The notes under the pieces are model-generated. The model made no database searches. It was not told where the DNA came from and saw only the letters and a list, made by a program, of their open reading frames with translations. The translations under genes were made by a program, and so were the position numbers. DNA of 33,729 nucleotides, from contig CBDURB010000001.1 in NCBI GenBank assembly GCA_965369585.1, positions 1 through 33,729 of the forward strand. Direction: 5' to 3'. This DNA comes from an uncultured bacterium (GTDB lineage Bacteria; Chloroflexota; Dehalococcoidia; SM23-28-2; RBG-16-64-32). Shown piece after piece: positions 1-6,787 of this stretch (the first letter of the stretch is position 1; the number at the start of each line of letters is the position of its first letter).

Positions 1-163
1 CCGACTCCGGCCCCATCGGGACGTTGTCGCCGTGCTCCGTCGTGCGCTCCAGGCTCATGTCGAAGGCCAACAGGAGGAGCGACTCGTGGTAGCCCGAGTG
101 TACGGCGCGGGCGAGGCCGACGCCGTGCTCGTATCGGTCGCGCTCCCCCAGGCGGCGGCTCAT
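1..163 (-). CDS. hypothetical protein, 3' part cut by left window edge
   Basis: Minus-strand ATG at 163-161 forms an ATGA overlap with the stop (162-160) of the upstream gene. Reads MSRRLGERDRYEHGVGLARAVHSGYHESLLL... with G/C-rich third positions. Confidence 0.5.
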   Translation of the reverse strand, partial: MSRRLGERDRYEHGVGLARAVHSGYHESLLLLAFDMSLERTTEHGDNVPMGPES

Positions 164-396
164 TCGGGCTCGTCCTCCTCCGGCTCCACGCGCTGGATCA
201 GGTCCTCGCGCATCTGACCGATGCGCCCGGGCGGCACCTTCATGATGCGCCCCAGCTCCGAGCGACCCTCAAGCGCTCGCGGCTTCGGAGCTCTCGGTCG
301 GGCATCTGAAGACAGCCTCAAGATAGAGCGCAGATGGCGGCGTTCTGTCGACGTCAGCCACTTCCAGAACCACGGCACCCCGCTGGCGTTGGCCAC
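160..396 (-). CDS. small DNA-binding protein with sigma-70 region-4-like helix-turn-helix
   Basis: 78-aa ORF with a GTG start overlapping the upstream stop by 1 nt (TAGTG). SELGRIMKVPPGRIGQMREDLIQRV resembles a sigma region 4.2 HTH. High GC3. Confidence 0.45.
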   Translation of the reverse strand: MANASGVPWFWKWLTSTERRHLRSILRLSSDARPRAPKPRALEGRSELGRIMKVPPGRIGQMREDLIQRVEPEEDEPE

Positions 397-656
397 TAAT
401 CAGCTGGCTCCCTGCCGCACGTGGGGCACCGACCGACAACGCCCAGCGCGTAGCCCACGCCCCAGAGATTCGTGATGGCGTAGCCCTTCCGCCGGAGCTT
501 CATCACGTAGACCTTCAGCGCCTCTCGGTCGGTCGGCAGCGCATCCGAACCGTACATCGCTGCCACGATCTGGGTATGGGGGACGACGGCACCGTCCGCC
601 GCACGCAGCGCCTCAAAGAACTGGCGCTCCCGCCGCGACAGGTGAGGTCGTATCAT
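396..656 (-). CDS. stand-alone winged-helix DNA-binding protein (OmpR/PhoB effector-domain type)
   Basis: Trimmed the 145-aa ORF to the internal ATG at 656-654 (MIRPHLSRRERQFFEAL...). ALKVYVMKLRRKGYAITNLWGVGYAL fits the Trans_reg_C pattern. No receiver domain. Confidence 0.55.
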   Translation of the reverse strand: MIRPHLSRRERQFFEALRAADGAVVPHTQIVAAMYGSDALPTDREALKVYVMKLRRKGYAITNLWGVGYALGVVGRCPTCGREPAD

Positions 657-669
657 GGCCTGTACCGCA

Positions 670-894
670 TCAGGCTTGCGGGCCACCCGGTGTCCATAGG
701 GGCATCTGCGCGCCCCTGAAGTTGCCGGCGTTGCGTCGCTGTTGCTCTCGCTTGTTGCGCGCGTGGCGGAACGTCCCCGGCCGGCGACCGACGACGCGGT
801 TGTAGCGGCGCCGCCTGGGCACCTTGCCCGCATCGGCCCGGCGCTGGAAGCCAGCCAGAGCCTTTTCGATCTCAGCCTGTCGGGGGTTCGTCAT
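670..894 (-). CDS. hypothetical Arg-rich basic protein (uncertain gene)
   Basis: 74-aa ORF with moderate GC3. Its ATG follows the terminator U-tract directly and has no SD. No recognisable domain. Confidence 0.3.
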   Translation of the reverse strand: MTNPRQAEIEKALAGFQRRADAGKVPRRRRYNRVVGRRPGTFRHARNKREQQRRNAGNFRGAQMPLWTPGGPQA

Positions 895-896
895 CG

Positions 897-937
897 CAAA
901 AGAAAAGGGCCGCCCCGTCTCTCGACAGTGGCGGCCC
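897..937 (-). terminator. intrinsic terminator (minus strand) after gene 965..1159
   Basis: GGGCCGCC (907-914) and GGCGGCCC (930-937) form an 8-bp GC stem. On the minus strand it is followed by CTTTTCTTT (906-898). Confidence 0.65.
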
Positions 938-964
938 CGGTGCTCGGTAGCCTACGTTCTGGCT

Positions 965-1159
965 CTAGCTGCTGGCCCTCCTGGTAAGCCGGCGGACCCA
1001 CGCCCTGACCTGCTCTCCGAACTTCAACGTTTCCTCGATCCTGACCGTCTTGGGGATGCCGTCCTCGAAGTGGATGGTGATGTTGCCGTTCCCTCGCGCC
1101 GCGTGGAAGGCACCCAGGACAGGAAGTACGTCAGCTTCCAGGGTAAGACCCGTAGCCAT
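965..1159 (-). CDS. small protein, possibly YezD/DUF2292-like
   Basis: 64-aa ORF. GNGNITIHFEDGIPKTVRIEETLKF resembles the G-S-V-x-I-x-x-x-D-G...IE..K core of DUF2292. Followed by a terminator. Confidence 0.4.
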   Translation of the reverse strand: MATGLTLEADVLPVLGAFHAARGNGNITIHFEDGIPKTVRIEETLKFGEQVRAWVRRLTRRASS

Positions 1160-1168
1160 GCCGAATCC

Positions 1169-1174
1169 ATTATA
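1169..1174 (-). promoter_or_regulatory. perfect TATAAT -10 box (minus strand) 9 nt upstream of ATG 1159; near-leaderless transcript implied
   Basis: Plus-strand ATTATA at 1169-1174. No convincing -35 box and no SD between it and the ATG. Confidence 0.3.
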
Positions 1175-1277
1175 CGCCTAGATACGGGAAACGGGGTGCG
1201 GCTATCGGTGGTCGGTTCCCCGGCGCGTATTAGCGCCGCGCCTCCCGCGCCCGCTCGTTCGCGTGAAACTCACACCT

Positions 1278-1967
1278 TTACGATAGCCCTCCTAGTTCCA
1301 CTGCCCAATACTTTAGTTCGGCGCGTGCGACACCTATATGCGTGAACTTCGGATTCAGCAATGCTTCATTGTGCGTCGGCGATTCTTGCCACGCACGTAG
1401 CACGTCGGCTGCGCTCATCCAGCCCCTAGCAAGCACTTCGCCGCCTAATTCATCGCTCCAGCCGAATACAGCCTGCCTGCTCTTGATATCCCGACCCAGG
1501 GAATCAACATGGCTCAGAAATCCCCGCTGTGCTATATCATCGGCCATCCATTCAGCGGCATCAGTCAGCTCAACTAGGAGCGTCAAGCCGCCGAGGCCAT
1601 TCTCCGCACGATACGTTTGAACAAGCTCAAGCAATTCCAGCTCTTGTGCGTCAAGCCAAATGATCGCCGGATGAAATGTACGTTGCGGGATCGTTGTGGG
1701 GATCAATTCCCCGCTGGCCTCAACCGCTGTCGGGGCGGGGGTAACCTCCGGAGCGACTTTAGTTGTCTTCACCACGGGACTCGGCGTTGGAGTCCGTGTT
1801 GTGAAAATGGCTGGCCTCGGCGTCGGCGACTGAATGAGACGGGAGGCTCCCTCTGAAATCTCGGGTTCACTTGGCCTGTCGTCAATTGCCATCGCGATAC
1901 TGATAGCGATGAGTACCAGCACGGCCGCAGTTATAAAGATTAGCGCCAGTGATCGCAAGGGATTCAT
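1278..1967 (-). CDS. membrane-anchored CAP/SCP (PR-1-like) domain protein
   Basis: Trimmed to Met-27 (ATG 1967-1965, GAAGGGA SD upstream). N-terminal TM helix LALIFITAAVLVLIAISIAMA and a Pro/Thr-rich linker. C-terminal ...VLRAWQESPTHNEALLNPKFTHIGVA...YWAVELG matches the CAP-domain signature. Visibly lower GC than its neighbours. Confidence 0.65.
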   Translation of the reverse strand: MNPLRSLALIFITAAVLVLIAISIAMAIDDRPSEPEISEGASRLIQSPTPRPAIFTTRTPTPSPVVKTTKVAPEVTPAPTAVEASGELIPTTIPQRTFHPAIIWLDAQELELLELVQTYRAENGLGGLTLLVELTDAAEWMADDIAQRGFLSHVDSLGRDIKSRQAVFGWSDELGGEVLARGWMSAADVLRAWQESPTHNEALLNPKFTHIGVARAELKYWAVELGGLS

Positions 1968-2091
1968 TCGGCAGGTTCCCTTCGTGGGTGGCCATTCTAG
2001 CACAATCACTAGCCTACCAGTCGCTCCCTGTACCGCGCGGCGCATGACGGTACACGGACCCGTTTAGTTTGCCGATGTTGACGTAAAACCC

Positions 2092-2120
2092 TTGACACGG
2101 CGTTTGCGCTGTGCATAATA
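2092..2120 (+). promoter_or_regulatory. sigma70-type promoter for the Cro-like gene (TTGACA-N16/17-TGcATAATA)
   Basis: TTGACA at 2092-2097 and TG-extended CATAAT/ATAATA at 2112-2120. The predicted TSS at about 2126-2127 coincides with GTG 2127, giving a leaderless mRNA. A second TTGAC lies at 2078-2082. Confidence 0.5.
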
Positions 2121-2126
2121 GGGTGC

Positions 2127-2345
2127 GTGGTTACAAAGCACCGGCGCGACCTCCGAGCTGAATTGGTTCTGCGAGGCATGAACGCAAGCGATGCAGCCCG
2201 TCGTATGGGCGTCAACCCCAGTACCGTCAGCCGCCTTCTAAGCGGGGAGATTCCTTGGAGTGAGCGTAACGCCCGCGCCTTCTCCTTCGCCACCGGAATC
2301 CCCCTCGCCACTATTCTGCCGAACGGCCAGGAGTCCTCAGCATGA
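2127..2345 (+). CDS. XRE/Cro-type helix-turn-helix transcriptional regulator
   Basis: 72 aa. LRAELVLRGMNASDAARRMGVNPSTVSRLLSGE is a classic HTH_3 helix2-turn-helix3. No SD, and GTG sits at the predicted TSS. Confidence 0.7.
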   Translation: MVTKHRRDLRAELVLRGMNASDAARRMGVNPSTVSRLLSGEIPWSERNARAFSFATGIPLATILPNGQESSA

Positions 2346-2410
2346 TTCCAGCCACGTTCGTTCTCGACTATCTCGCAGTGAAGCGGCACGCAGAGCGGTA
2401 TCCCGATGGG

Positions 2411-2420
2411 TGTCGCGACA
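2411..2420. repeat. perfect 10-bp palindrome TGTCGCGACA (the two junction-cassette arms GTCGC/GCGAC abutted)
   Basis: Read directly from the sequence. Lies in the ORF-poor spacer downstream of the Cro-like gene. Confidence 0.6.
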
Positions 2421-2508
2421 GTCTCAGTAGTTGCGAAGCCTGCTGCAAGCGGCTCGCGTTCCCCGCAGGGCCGCCTGCCCCCAAGCGAGGCTATTACTTT
2501 TCGAGCAG

Positions 2509-2628
2509 CGGTCACCTCTATAGGCGGCCAGCGTGACCGTTCCTTCCCCCACCGTGACCTTACCCTCCCGTTTGGGCACCCGTACCTCTGGACGCGGCTC
2601 AGTCCAGGGTCACGGTGGCAGAAGGAAC
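2509..2628 (+). other. two abutting inverted repeats, candidate structured RNA or protein-binding region
   Basis: H1: CGGTCAC (2509-2515) pairs with GTGACCG (2533-2539). H2: GTTCCTTC (2539-2546) plus CCACCGTGACC (2549-2559) pairs with GGTCACGGTGG (2608-2618) plus GAAGGAAC (2621-2628), 19 bp in total with a 2x2 internal loop. Inner hairpin CTGGAC/GTCCAG at 2588-2607. Four GGTCAC/GTGACC half-sites. An orphan GAAAGGAGG at 2631-2639 follows. Confidence 0.5.
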
Positions 2629-2886
2629 ACGAAAGGAGGCGCACTGGATCGGGTTCCCTCAATCGGACGCGCGGAGGCCGGTAAGCGTGGGGCGCGAGCC
2701 GGCCTTCAGCGCGCCATCGCCTGCGAGCCGGATCGGAGAGGTTGGATGAGTTGGCCTTGCTATGGCCCCCTTGCTACAGCGCCTAGCTCTTCCTCACTTC
2801 CCTCTCCGGTCCAGCCCGCCAGCGATGGCGAGAACGCAAAAGCGACAGACGCCGGAACGCCTGCCGCTTAGAAAGGACGGTTGAAA

Positions 2887-3336
2887 ATGCCAACCATCCC
2901 TAGAGGGAACGATACACCCTCCGCGACACCAGAGGAAACCCGCGCCGAGCGCGACCCCCTGGACGCCAAGCTGCTCGCGGAGGCGCAGCCCGAGCTGAGC
3001 CAGCACACCCCGATCTGTGTGCCCTGTCAGCGCAACTATCGGTGTGAGCGCAACGGGATTTTCGTGCGGCTCGGCCCCGACGCCATCATCGACGCTGATC
3101 TGTACGAATGCCCCGGCTGTGGGCACCAGATCGTTAGGGGCTTTGCTCGCAAGGCCGTCGAGCGCCACGACAGCGACCCGAAATACCGAGAGGTGTTCGG
3201 CATCGAATCTACGCTGATGGGTGCTGCCACGATCACCGACCACACGGGGCGACCCATCACACAGGGCCAACCCGGCACCATCCCCGCCGAGGACGCGGCA
3301 GAGGCGGCGGGGAGCCAGGGGCACCGCTATGGGTGA
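2887..3336 (+). CDS. zinc-ribbon protein, function unknown
   Basis: ATG 2887 with AAAGGA about 9 nt upstream (trimmed from TTG 2881). CVPCQRNYRC...YECPGCGHQI four-Cys signature. Confidence 0.6.
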   Translation: MPTIPRGNDTPSATPEETRAERDPLDAKLLAEAQPELSQHTPICVPCQRNYRCERNGIFVRLGPDAIIDADLYECPGCGHQIVRGFARKAVERHDSDPKYREVFGIESTLMGAATITDHTGRPITQGQPGTIPAEDAAEAAGSQGHRYG

Positions 3337-3850
3337 GATAGCCTACTTCATCCTGGGCGACTTCCCGTGTTCCATCTGGAAGCATCCCGACCTTGGGACT
3401 CTCCAGGGCTACATTGGCGTGCCGCCTTCCCATCCCTGGTATAGGCAGGACCAAACCATCATGGGCGTTCTTGGCGGGATAGATGTTCACGGCGGAATCA
3501 CCCTTGCCTGCCACGAGAAGTCCTCACGGTGGCCGAGCGAGGAATATCGCGCCGCTATGTTGAAGGCACCCACTGGAGGGCCGTATCCCAAATTGGAGTG
3601 GGTAGACGTGCCGAACAAAGACGGCGCATCTTGGCCCCACGATACGGGGCAGGACGTTTGGTGGATCGGCTTCGATTGCAGCCATCTCTACGACCTTGTT
3701 CCAGCCCACCCGAACCCCGGCGACGTCTACCGAGACGAACGCTATGTCCGCAACGAGCTAGAGGGATTGGCTCGGCAGGCAGCGGAGGCGATGCGGGGCA
3801 TATCACCGGAGGAGCGGGCCGAAGAAGCCGAGCGCGAGGCCGTGCAATGA
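3329..3850 (+). CDS. hypothetical protein with His/Asp-rich conserved blocks
   Basis: Trimmed to ATG 3329 (MGEIAYFILGD...), with an 8-nt overlap on the upstream gene. Blocks VHGGITLA and WWIGFDCSHLYD suggest a metal-dependent enzyme, but I cannot name the family. Confidence 0.6.
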   Translation: MGEIAYFILGDFPCSIWKHPDLGTLQGYIGVPPSHPWYRQDQTIMGVLGGIDVHGGITLACHEKSSRWPSEEYRAAMLKAPTGGPYPKLEWVDVPNKDGASWPHDTGQDVWWIGFDCSHLYDLVPAHPNPGDVYRDERYVRNELEGLARQAAEAMRGISPEERAEEAEREAVQ

Positions 3851-4239
3851 GCACCCTAGAAGACATCCGCGGCTACCCGCCGGATAATCACCTCGACGAT
3901 CTCCGAGCCGACCATCTGTCGGACATCCGCCAGGACGGCAAGCGCGAGGACGCCGAGGACAAGCTGGAGCGCGAATCGCCAGAGCCATGCGGGTGCCAGT
4001 GGCTCAGTGGGTGCTGCGGCGCATCGCCCCACGCGGCCTCGCCGGACGTGAATACGGGCCAGCAAACGGGCATCTGCGGCCAGTGCCGTGACCATGCCGC
4101 CTTCGAGCCGTCCGACGAGAACACATGGAAGCTGACCTCCACGGGCGTCTACGGCGACGACGCGGACGGCAACCGTGGGGTGCCGCTGAAGGCGTGGGAG
4201 TGCCGCGAGTGCGGCCAGGAAGTAGAGGTGACGGGATGA
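3847..4239 (+). CDS. acidic Cys-rich protein, function unknown
   Basis: ATGA overlap at 3847. CGCQWLSGCCG, CGQCRDH and CRECG motifs. Confidence 0.6.
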   Translation: MSTLEDIRGYPPDNHLDDLRADHLSDIRQDGKREDAEDKLERESPEPCGCQWLSGCCGASPHAASPDVNTGQQTGICGQCRDHAAFEPSDENTWKLTSTGVYGDDADGNRGVPLKAWECRECGQEVEVTG

Positions 4240-4901
4240 GTACCGAGACAACACCCCGCGCACGACGGCACACCAGATACTACGACGGCTCCGGCACCCT
4301 GCTGCCCGGCGTCACGACGGTTCTCAACGTCATAGCGAAACCGGCCCTCATAAGTTGGGCCAACAGGATGGGCCTAGAGGGTATCGATACCGCCAAGCAC
4401 GTAGATGCCCTCGCAGGCATCGGCACCCTCGCCCACGCTATGATCGCCGCCCATCTAACCAAGAAGGAAATCGATATAAGCGACTACTCACCAAAGGACG
4501 TATCCAAGGCCGAAAACGCCTGCCTCTCCTTCTTCGAGTGGGCGAAGAAGCGGGAGATAAAGACTGTCCTCAGCGAAGAGCAGCTGGCGTCCGAGGAGTT
4601 TCGCTTCGGCGGCACCTGTGACTGGTATGGGAAGCTGGACGGAACCCTAACGCTCATCGACTTCAAGACAGGAAGAGGACTGTACGACGAGCACACCTAC
4701 CAGCTCGCGGCCTACGCCCACCTGCTGACCGAGAACGGCCACTCCCTCAAGGAGGCGCGGCTCCTCCGCGTCGGACGCACCGAAGATGAGGGCTTTGAGG
4801 AGAGGGTGTACCCCCTGGATGCCTTGGCGCCGTACTTCAACGTGTTCAGGTGTGCCCTGAACCTGTACGTGGCCACCAGGAACGTGAGGAGGTCATCATG
4901 A
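4236..4901 (+). CDS. PD-(D/E)XK (RecB/Cas4-like) exonuclease, recombination partner of Bet
   Basis: ATGA overlap at 4236. GGTCDWYGKLDGTLTLIDFKTG...YQLAAYAHLL gives the D...(D/E)xK...QxxxY nuclease motifs. Sits directly upstream of the annealing protein. Confidence 0.7.
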   Translation: MSTETTPRARRHTRYYDGSGTLLPGVTTVLNVIAKPALISWANRMGLEGIDTAKHVDALAGIGTLAHAMIAAHLTKKEIDISDYSPKDVSKAENACLSFFEWAKKREIKTVLSEEQLASEEFRFGGTCDWYGKLDGTLTLIDFKTGRGLYDEHTYQLAAYAHLLTENGHSLKEARLLRVGRTEDEGFEERVYPLDALAPYFNVFRCALNLYVATRNVRRSS

Positions 4902-5815
4902 CCAACGACGGCAAGGCGGTCGTCAAGCGCGAGGCCGCCATCGTCATCAAGGACACACCGGGCGTACAGAGGGCGCTGGTCTCACGCTTCGGCGAACGGG
5001 ACTTCGGGCAGGCCCTCAGCGTCTCCATGTTCATCGCCCTCTGCAACAAGTACGCCCTCAACCCCTGGATGGGCCATATCACACCCTTCGAGGGGCGCCC
5101 CTACGTCCAGCATGACGGCTGGCTTCATCTCATCAACCGCGAGGCACCCGGCCAACTCTTGCGTCTGGAGTCGCGGCCAGCAACGGACGACGAGTATCGC
5201 CTCTTTCGGGTTTCTACCGACGACTATTTCGCCATTGCCACCATGACCCGGCGCTGGCCTGGCGGCAACGAGGTCACCTTTACTCGGCGGGCGCTCATCC
5301 CGAAGCGACTCACGGAACCATCCGCCAATGAAGCGCGGGCGGTGCAGGAGCGTCCCGGCACGGCCAAGACCCGCCCGCTCGTAGCGGACCCGTGGGATAT
5401 GGCAGAGAAGCAGGCCCGAGTCCGCGTCATGCGGATGGGGTTCAACGACTGCCTGGCGGGACAGTCGGCGATGCCAGCGACGGGGGCGCAGGAGGTGGAG
5501 GTGGATACGAAGACGGGGGAGATCATCGAGGGCGAGGCGGTGCCCGCCGAGAACGGAGCTGACTGGTCCCGCCTGTGGGTCGCCGCCAGTGAGCGCGGGA
5601 TGGATAAGGCCAGCGTCCACGCCCATTTCAACGCTGGCCCCGAGGACGGCGACCTGAAGGCATACGCCATCGACCGGGCGGAGAAGGACGACCTTCCGCT
5701 GCAACAGGTGGTGGAGGATATGGCGGACGAAGTGGGGGGCCTGGGGCAGGACGAGCCCCCGCCGCCGGACGGCGGCCAGCAGACAGAGGAGCCGGAGCCG
5801 ATGGAGGCCGAGTGA
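4898..5815 (+). CDS. bet: Red-beta/Bet (RecT-superfamily) single-strand annealing protein
   Basis: ATGA overlap at 4898 with a GAGGAGG SD. CNKYALNPWMGHITPFEGRPYVQHDGWLHLINRE parallels lambda Bet ANQYGLNPWTKEIYAF...VGVDGWSRIINEN. Confidence 0.7.
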   Translation: MTNDGKAVVKREAAIVIKDTPGVQRALVSRFGERDFGQALSVSMFIALCNKYALNPWMGHITPFEGRPYVQHDGWLHLINREAPGQLLRLESRPATDDEYRLFRVSTDDYFAIATMTRRWPGGNEVTFTRRALIPKRLTEPSANEARAVQERPGTAKTRPLVADPWDMAEKQARVRVMRMGFNDCLAGQSAMPATGAQEVEVDTKTGEIIEGEAVPAENGADWSRLWVAASERGMDKASVHAHFNAGPEDGDLKAYAIDRAEKDDLPLQQVVEDMADEVGGLGQDEPPPPDGGQQTEEPEPMEAE

Positions 5816-6141
5816 TGGACGCGGCACTCCAGGGCGGTTGCCGGTACTGCGGCCAGGTCATCGACCCCAACATGCAGGCCCACGCGATCGTCAACGAGGT
5901 CGCAGCCGAGCACCGGGTTCCGGTGGAGGATATCTACGGTCACAGCCGCAAGGCCTACATCGTTGATGCCCGCGGGTGCTCTATGCGGCGGATCAAGGCT
6001 GAGACGTCTCTGCCACGCGGGGACATCGCTGATCTCTTCGGCCTGGACAGGTCGACCCTCTATCACTATCTCAGCGAGAACGGGAACGGGAGGCGGGCGG
6101 CAGCCGCGGCGGCGGGGCAAAGTAGGCAGGCGCAGGCCTGA
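5815..6141 (+). CDS. DnaA C-terminal-domain-like helix-turn-helix protein
   Basis: TGATG overlap (GTG 5812 is also possible). EDIYGHSRKAYIVDARGCSMRRIKAETSLPRGDIADLFGLDRSTLYHYL resembles Bac_DnaA_C (..SR...v.aR..am...........IG..fg.rdHsTV.h). Confidence 0.55.
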   Translation: MDAALQGGCRYCGQVIDPNMQAHAIVNEVAAEHRVPVEDIYGHSRKAYIVDARGCSMRRIKAETSLPRGDIADLFGLDRSTLYHYLSENGNGRRAAAAAAGQSRQAQA

Positions 6142-6213
6142 CGCGCCGCAGCCTCGCGCTGGCGGTGGCGGTCCTGGTGATCGTCGCCGGCGCGGGAGCG
6201 ATTGGAGGGAACG

Positions 6214-6522
6214 ATGCGAACGATAGCGATGGCGACCTTCTTGGGCAGTTCGGCGATGACGGGCCTGGGCTTGACGCTCTTGTGGGGCTTGGCCCTACAG
6301 CAGACCGTGGCGCTGGTGATCTTCGGGCCGCCGCTGATGCTGCTCTCTGGCGGTATCGTGCTGGGGACACCGAGGGAGAGCCTGGACGACCAGATGGAGG
6401 AGAACCGAACGCACCTACGCCTGAGCCGGGGCCAGCCGCAGAGGCGCCCGCTGGGGCCGGTGAGGCTGCCGTCGAGGAACGGGCACCAGTGGCCGCGGAC
6501 AGCGCGGGAGGCCAGGCGGTAG
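6214..6522 (+). CDS. two-TM small membrane protein with Arg-rich tail (holin-like architecture)
   Basis: ATG 6214 sits 5 nt after GGAGG (6204-6208). MRTIAMATFLGSSAMTGLGLTLLWGLALQQTVALVIFGPPLMLLSGGIVLG. GC3 is very high in this frame all the way to TAG 6520-6522. Confidence 0.55.
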   Translation: MRTIAMATFLGSSAMTGLGLTLLWGLALQQTVALVIFGPPLMLLSGGIVLGTPRESLDDQMEENRTHLRLSRGQPQRRPLGPVRLPSRNGHQWPRTAREARR

Positions 6523-6767
6523 TCGATGCGATCTGCTCTCTGCCCTGGCCTTGCTCGGAAGCCGTCTCAGTGGCCGCTTGCGAATCGACGCTCCAGCCTT
6601 GGAGAACGAATGGCGACCACTACGGGCTGTATCAGTTACGAGGGTCCCTGCACGCTTGGCGCTGGCCGGACTTCTGGGGGACGTGGATGGAGCCTCTGAG
6701 GAACGCGCAGATGGCCTATGAACTGTGGTTCGAGCAGGGCTGGGCTCCGTGGAGCTGCAGGCCGTGA
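6489..6767 (+). CDS. Rpf-like / transglycosylase-like (lysozyme-fold) peptidoglycan hydrolase domain protein; start uncertain
   Basis: AACESTLQPW..NGDHYGLYQL...RNAQMAYELWFEQGWAPWSC matches the Rpf/Transglycosylas pattern (CES..G.W...GNG.YGGLQF...Q...A....G..AWP.C). Upstream of about 6480 this frame has poor GC3, so I start at GTG 6489 rather than GTG 6165. Confidence 0.6.
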   Translation: MAADSAGGQAVVDAICSLPWPCSEAVSVAACESTLQPWRTNGDHYGLYQLRGSLHAWRWPDFWGTWMEPLRNAQMAYELWFEQGWAPWSCRP

Positions 6768-6787
6768 CAAAGGAGGTCACCCCATGA
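6764..6787 (+). other. candidate relay mini-ORF MTKEVTP*
   Basis: GTG 6764 overlaps the upstream stop TGA 6765-6767 (GTGA). Its stop TGA 6785-6787 overlaps the next start ATG 6784 (ATGA). GTGAC/GTCAC arms flank the AAAGGAG SD. Confidence 0.3.

Noticed and set aside
2342-2871. ORFs 2342-2536, 2406-2684, 2533-2871 and minus 2009-2662 in the spacer. A sub-ORF 2746-2871 (MSWPCYGPLATAP...NAKATDAGTPAA*) is preceded by GGAGAGG.
   Set aside because: Mediocre third-position GC, junk-like composition, mutual overlap, and an antisense overlap with the Cro-like gene. The 42-aa sub-ORF ends with an AS...KAT-like tail reminiscent of the junction cassette and cannot be fully excluded, but the evidence is too weak to call a gene.
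4982-6120. Long minus-strand ORFs (4982-5827, 5224-6120). Similar antisense ORFs lie at 17539-18135, 18262-18921, 20123-20833, 24125-24805, 24886-25662, 25972-27315, 27667-28887, 29034-29666, 30302-30928 and 31606-32508.
   Set aside because: They lie antisense to plus-strand genes that have clear domain signatures. Their products are Arg/Pro/Gly-rich and low in complexity. They are the stop-free shadow frames expected in GC-rich DNA.
6165-6488. GTG 6165 as the start of the transglycosylase ORF (200 aa in the ORF track).
   Set aside because: Between 6165 and about 6480 this frame is dominated by T/A-ending codons, while the overlapping frame (6214-6522) has near-uniform G/C third positions and encodes two clean TM helices.
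6370-6522. Programmed ribosomal frameshift joining the two-TM protein to the transglycosylase domain.
   Set aside because: I found no X-XXY-YYZ slippery heptamer or obvious downstream pseudoknot in the overlap. It is kept only as an alternative within the finding.
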